NCBI GenBank assembly: GCA_044356455.1
Contig: JBIKWF010000008.1
Span: 1-64,000 of the forward strand
Length of the DNA stretch: 64,000 nucleotides
Direction of reading: 5' to 3'
Origin: Bdellovibrionota bacterium
GTDB lineage: Bacteria; Bdellovibrionota_C; UBA2361; JBGSMV01
In this document: in pieces, positions 62,444 through 64,000 of the stretch
Position numbering within the stretch: position 1 is the first letter of the stretch
Layout of the letters: each line of letters starts with the position of its first letter
Notes under the pieces: generated by a model
Told to the model about the DNA's origin: nothing
The model's database searches: none
The model's input: only the letters and a program-made list of their open reading frames with translations
Translations under genes and position numbers: made by a program

Positions 62444-64000
62444 TTGTTTAGTTCTTCTCATAACTTCGTAGTCCGAGGGGCGTGCCTATCGCTACTTTCC
62501 CTCCTTCTCGCATCTGCGCCTGCAATTGCTAGCCCTGGGCTTCCCGTTGGCTTTGCGCCACTTTATGGATCTTACGCTTGCCGCTTCGGAATCCCGAATC
62601 GTGTCGTTGAGTTCAGGCAGCGCGTCGTGTCCGGAAATTCTCAATACGCGCGCACGATTCCAAGCATAAAGTCGCTTATCATCAAAAGAGATAACGCAGT
62701 TCGTAGACGCTCCGAGGAGAGAAGCCAAAGAGTTAGAGAAGAGCTTGGCCGAGCCATAACGAAGTATGGAGAGCTCATACGTCTTTCGAGATATTGCCGC
62801 GATTTGAGGCGTCCCGCGGCCTCCCCAACCCCGGCTCAAAGTGCAAGCCCTACACCTCTTCCGACAAGCACTTCCGTGCCATCTCCTTCGTCTAGTCCTA
62901 CGCCTACCCTTGGAGTAGCTACTCCTCCTGGTATAGAGATTCCACCTGAGATTACCGCTACAAGTGCTCCCACAAAAACAGCGACACCCACGAGCACCTC
63001 ACTACCTTCGAAAACACCAACTGCGGTAGCTACCGTAACTTCTACCAAAACAGCGACCCCCACAGGAACGGCGACTCCAACAAAAACCCCTTCAGCTACT
63101 GCTACAAAAACACCTACGGCAACTCCGACCAAGTCTGCAACTCCCACAAAAACAGCCACGCCCACCAAAACGCCTACCGCAACTTCAACAAAAACACCCA
63201 CCCCTACGACATCGCCAACCCCGCCTCCTGATCCAACTGCGACACCCTTTGCGCCGCGTCCTTTGATTCAAGCCTCGGCTGCAACTTTCTACAGTGTTAC
63301 CTACACCGTGACGTACTACGTGCTTTCATTGGGGCAAGATAGGCCCGGTGAGGCCGCTCAAGTTTCAGTCGAGCCGGTGAACGCGGCGAATCCACATCGC
63401 GCAAGTGTTCGTGTGTATGACCCGAGCGAGAAGTTGCAGGTGCTCCAGCAAATAGAGGGGCAAGGCGGAGTGCAATCGAAATTCTCTCCGTCCCCGCAGC
63501 TAGAGCTTTCCTCAGGACCATTTCCTCTTGCCAAGAATGGGACCTATGAGGTGCGCATCAGCGGAAATTCGAATATTCGCGCCAAGCTAAACCTTCCTCA
63601 AGAGGTAGGATGGGGCATCTCGTTCCAAAACGGCTGGTTTAGACCTTTTGAGGGCCAGCAGCCTGTTATGTATACCTGGATTACACAGCATCCCACCCAG
63701 CCACTTAAGCTTACGTTTGTTTCCTCCTCGCAGGTCCTTAACGTGGCTTTGCCTGGGAAAGATCTCACTCCGATCTATGATGCGGAGGGAAAAATTCTTC
63801 GCTGGGAACTAATCGTTCCACCTTCAAGTTCGCAGACTGGCTATGTTCAACAGGTGCAGCTGAGCGGGGGAAGCAATCTTCATTTCCAAGTCTCAGGCAT
63901 GCCGTTTATCCTCAGTCGTAGCGCCGAAGAAGCGGCACAAATCGGAGGCGGGCTGCAGCGCGTAGCGGGAGGGCCCATGAGTGGCTACCTTATTGCGCAT
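62444..64000 (+). CDS. Large secreted protein with Pro/Thr-rich linker; 3'-truncated by window edge, absent from ORF track
   Basis: GAGAGG RBS, TTG start, [29 protein letters not shown] signal peptide, (TKTATP)-type repeats at ~62820-63250, no stop before 64000. Confidence 0.85.
   Translation, partial: MFSSSHNFVVRGACLSLLSLLLASAPAIASPGLPVGFAPLYGSYACRFGIPNRVVEFRQRVVSGNSQYARTIPSIKSLIIKRDNAVRRRSEERSQRVREELGRAITKYGELIRLSRYCRDLRRPAASPTPAQSASPTPLPTSTSVPSPSSSPTPTLGVATPPGIEIPPEITATSAPTKTATPTSTSLPSKTPTAVATVTSTKTATPTGTATPTKTPSATATKTPTATPTKSATPTKTATPTKTPTATSTKTPTPTTSPTPPPDPTATPFAPRPLIQASAATFYSVTYTVTYYVLSLGQDRPGEAAQVSVEPVNAANPHRASVRVYDPSEKLQVLQQIEGQGGVQSKFSPSPQLELSSGPFPLAKNGTYEVRISGNSNIRAKLNLPQEVGWGISFQNGWFRPFEGQQPVMYTWITQHPTQPLKLTFVSSSQVLNVALPGKDLTPIYDAEGKILRWELIVPPSSSQTGYVQQVQLSGGSNLHFQVSGMPFILSRSAEEAAQIGGGLQRVAGGPMSGYLIAH

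Noticed and set aside
62836..63201. Val/Gly/Ala-rich minus-strand ORF
   Set aside because: Antisense shadow of the Pro/Thr linker in the 62444+ ORF

Overview
A 64-kb chromosomal window from a Gram-negative bacterium (OmpA, TolC-like and RND genes; a Bdellovibrionota/deltaproteobacteria-like lineage is only my impression). Housekeeping and metabolic genes include an alpha-glucan set (GT4, GH57, GH63), a fatty-acid desaturase, ABC transporters, ung and rsgA. They are interspersed with accessory cassettes (two COG1373/DUF4143 ATPases, a wHTH + nucleotidyltransferase pair, hipBA), an SH3-M48-CHASE2 cyclase operon, a run of secreted/surface proteins (FG-GAP, OmpA, two collagen-like, two HAF-repeat) and a czc-type efflux operon with in-frame stops in its first two genes. 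Most unusual: (1) a flagellin whose variable domain is seven FG-GAP/VCBS repeats, predicting an integrin-like propeller on the filament; (2) a stand-alone RRM-ribosomal protein bS18 fusion behind a highly structured ~160-nt leader; (3) five 128-180 bp MITEs with IS5-like ends and YTAR flanks that enclose two different 9-nt-periodic palindromic cores, plus a second MITE-end family and a nested insertion. A large secreted Pro/Thr-rich ORF (62444 to window end) is missing from the ORF track. No rRNA, tRNA, CRISPR array, transposase or prophage was seen. All family calls are by motif recognition; no database search was run.
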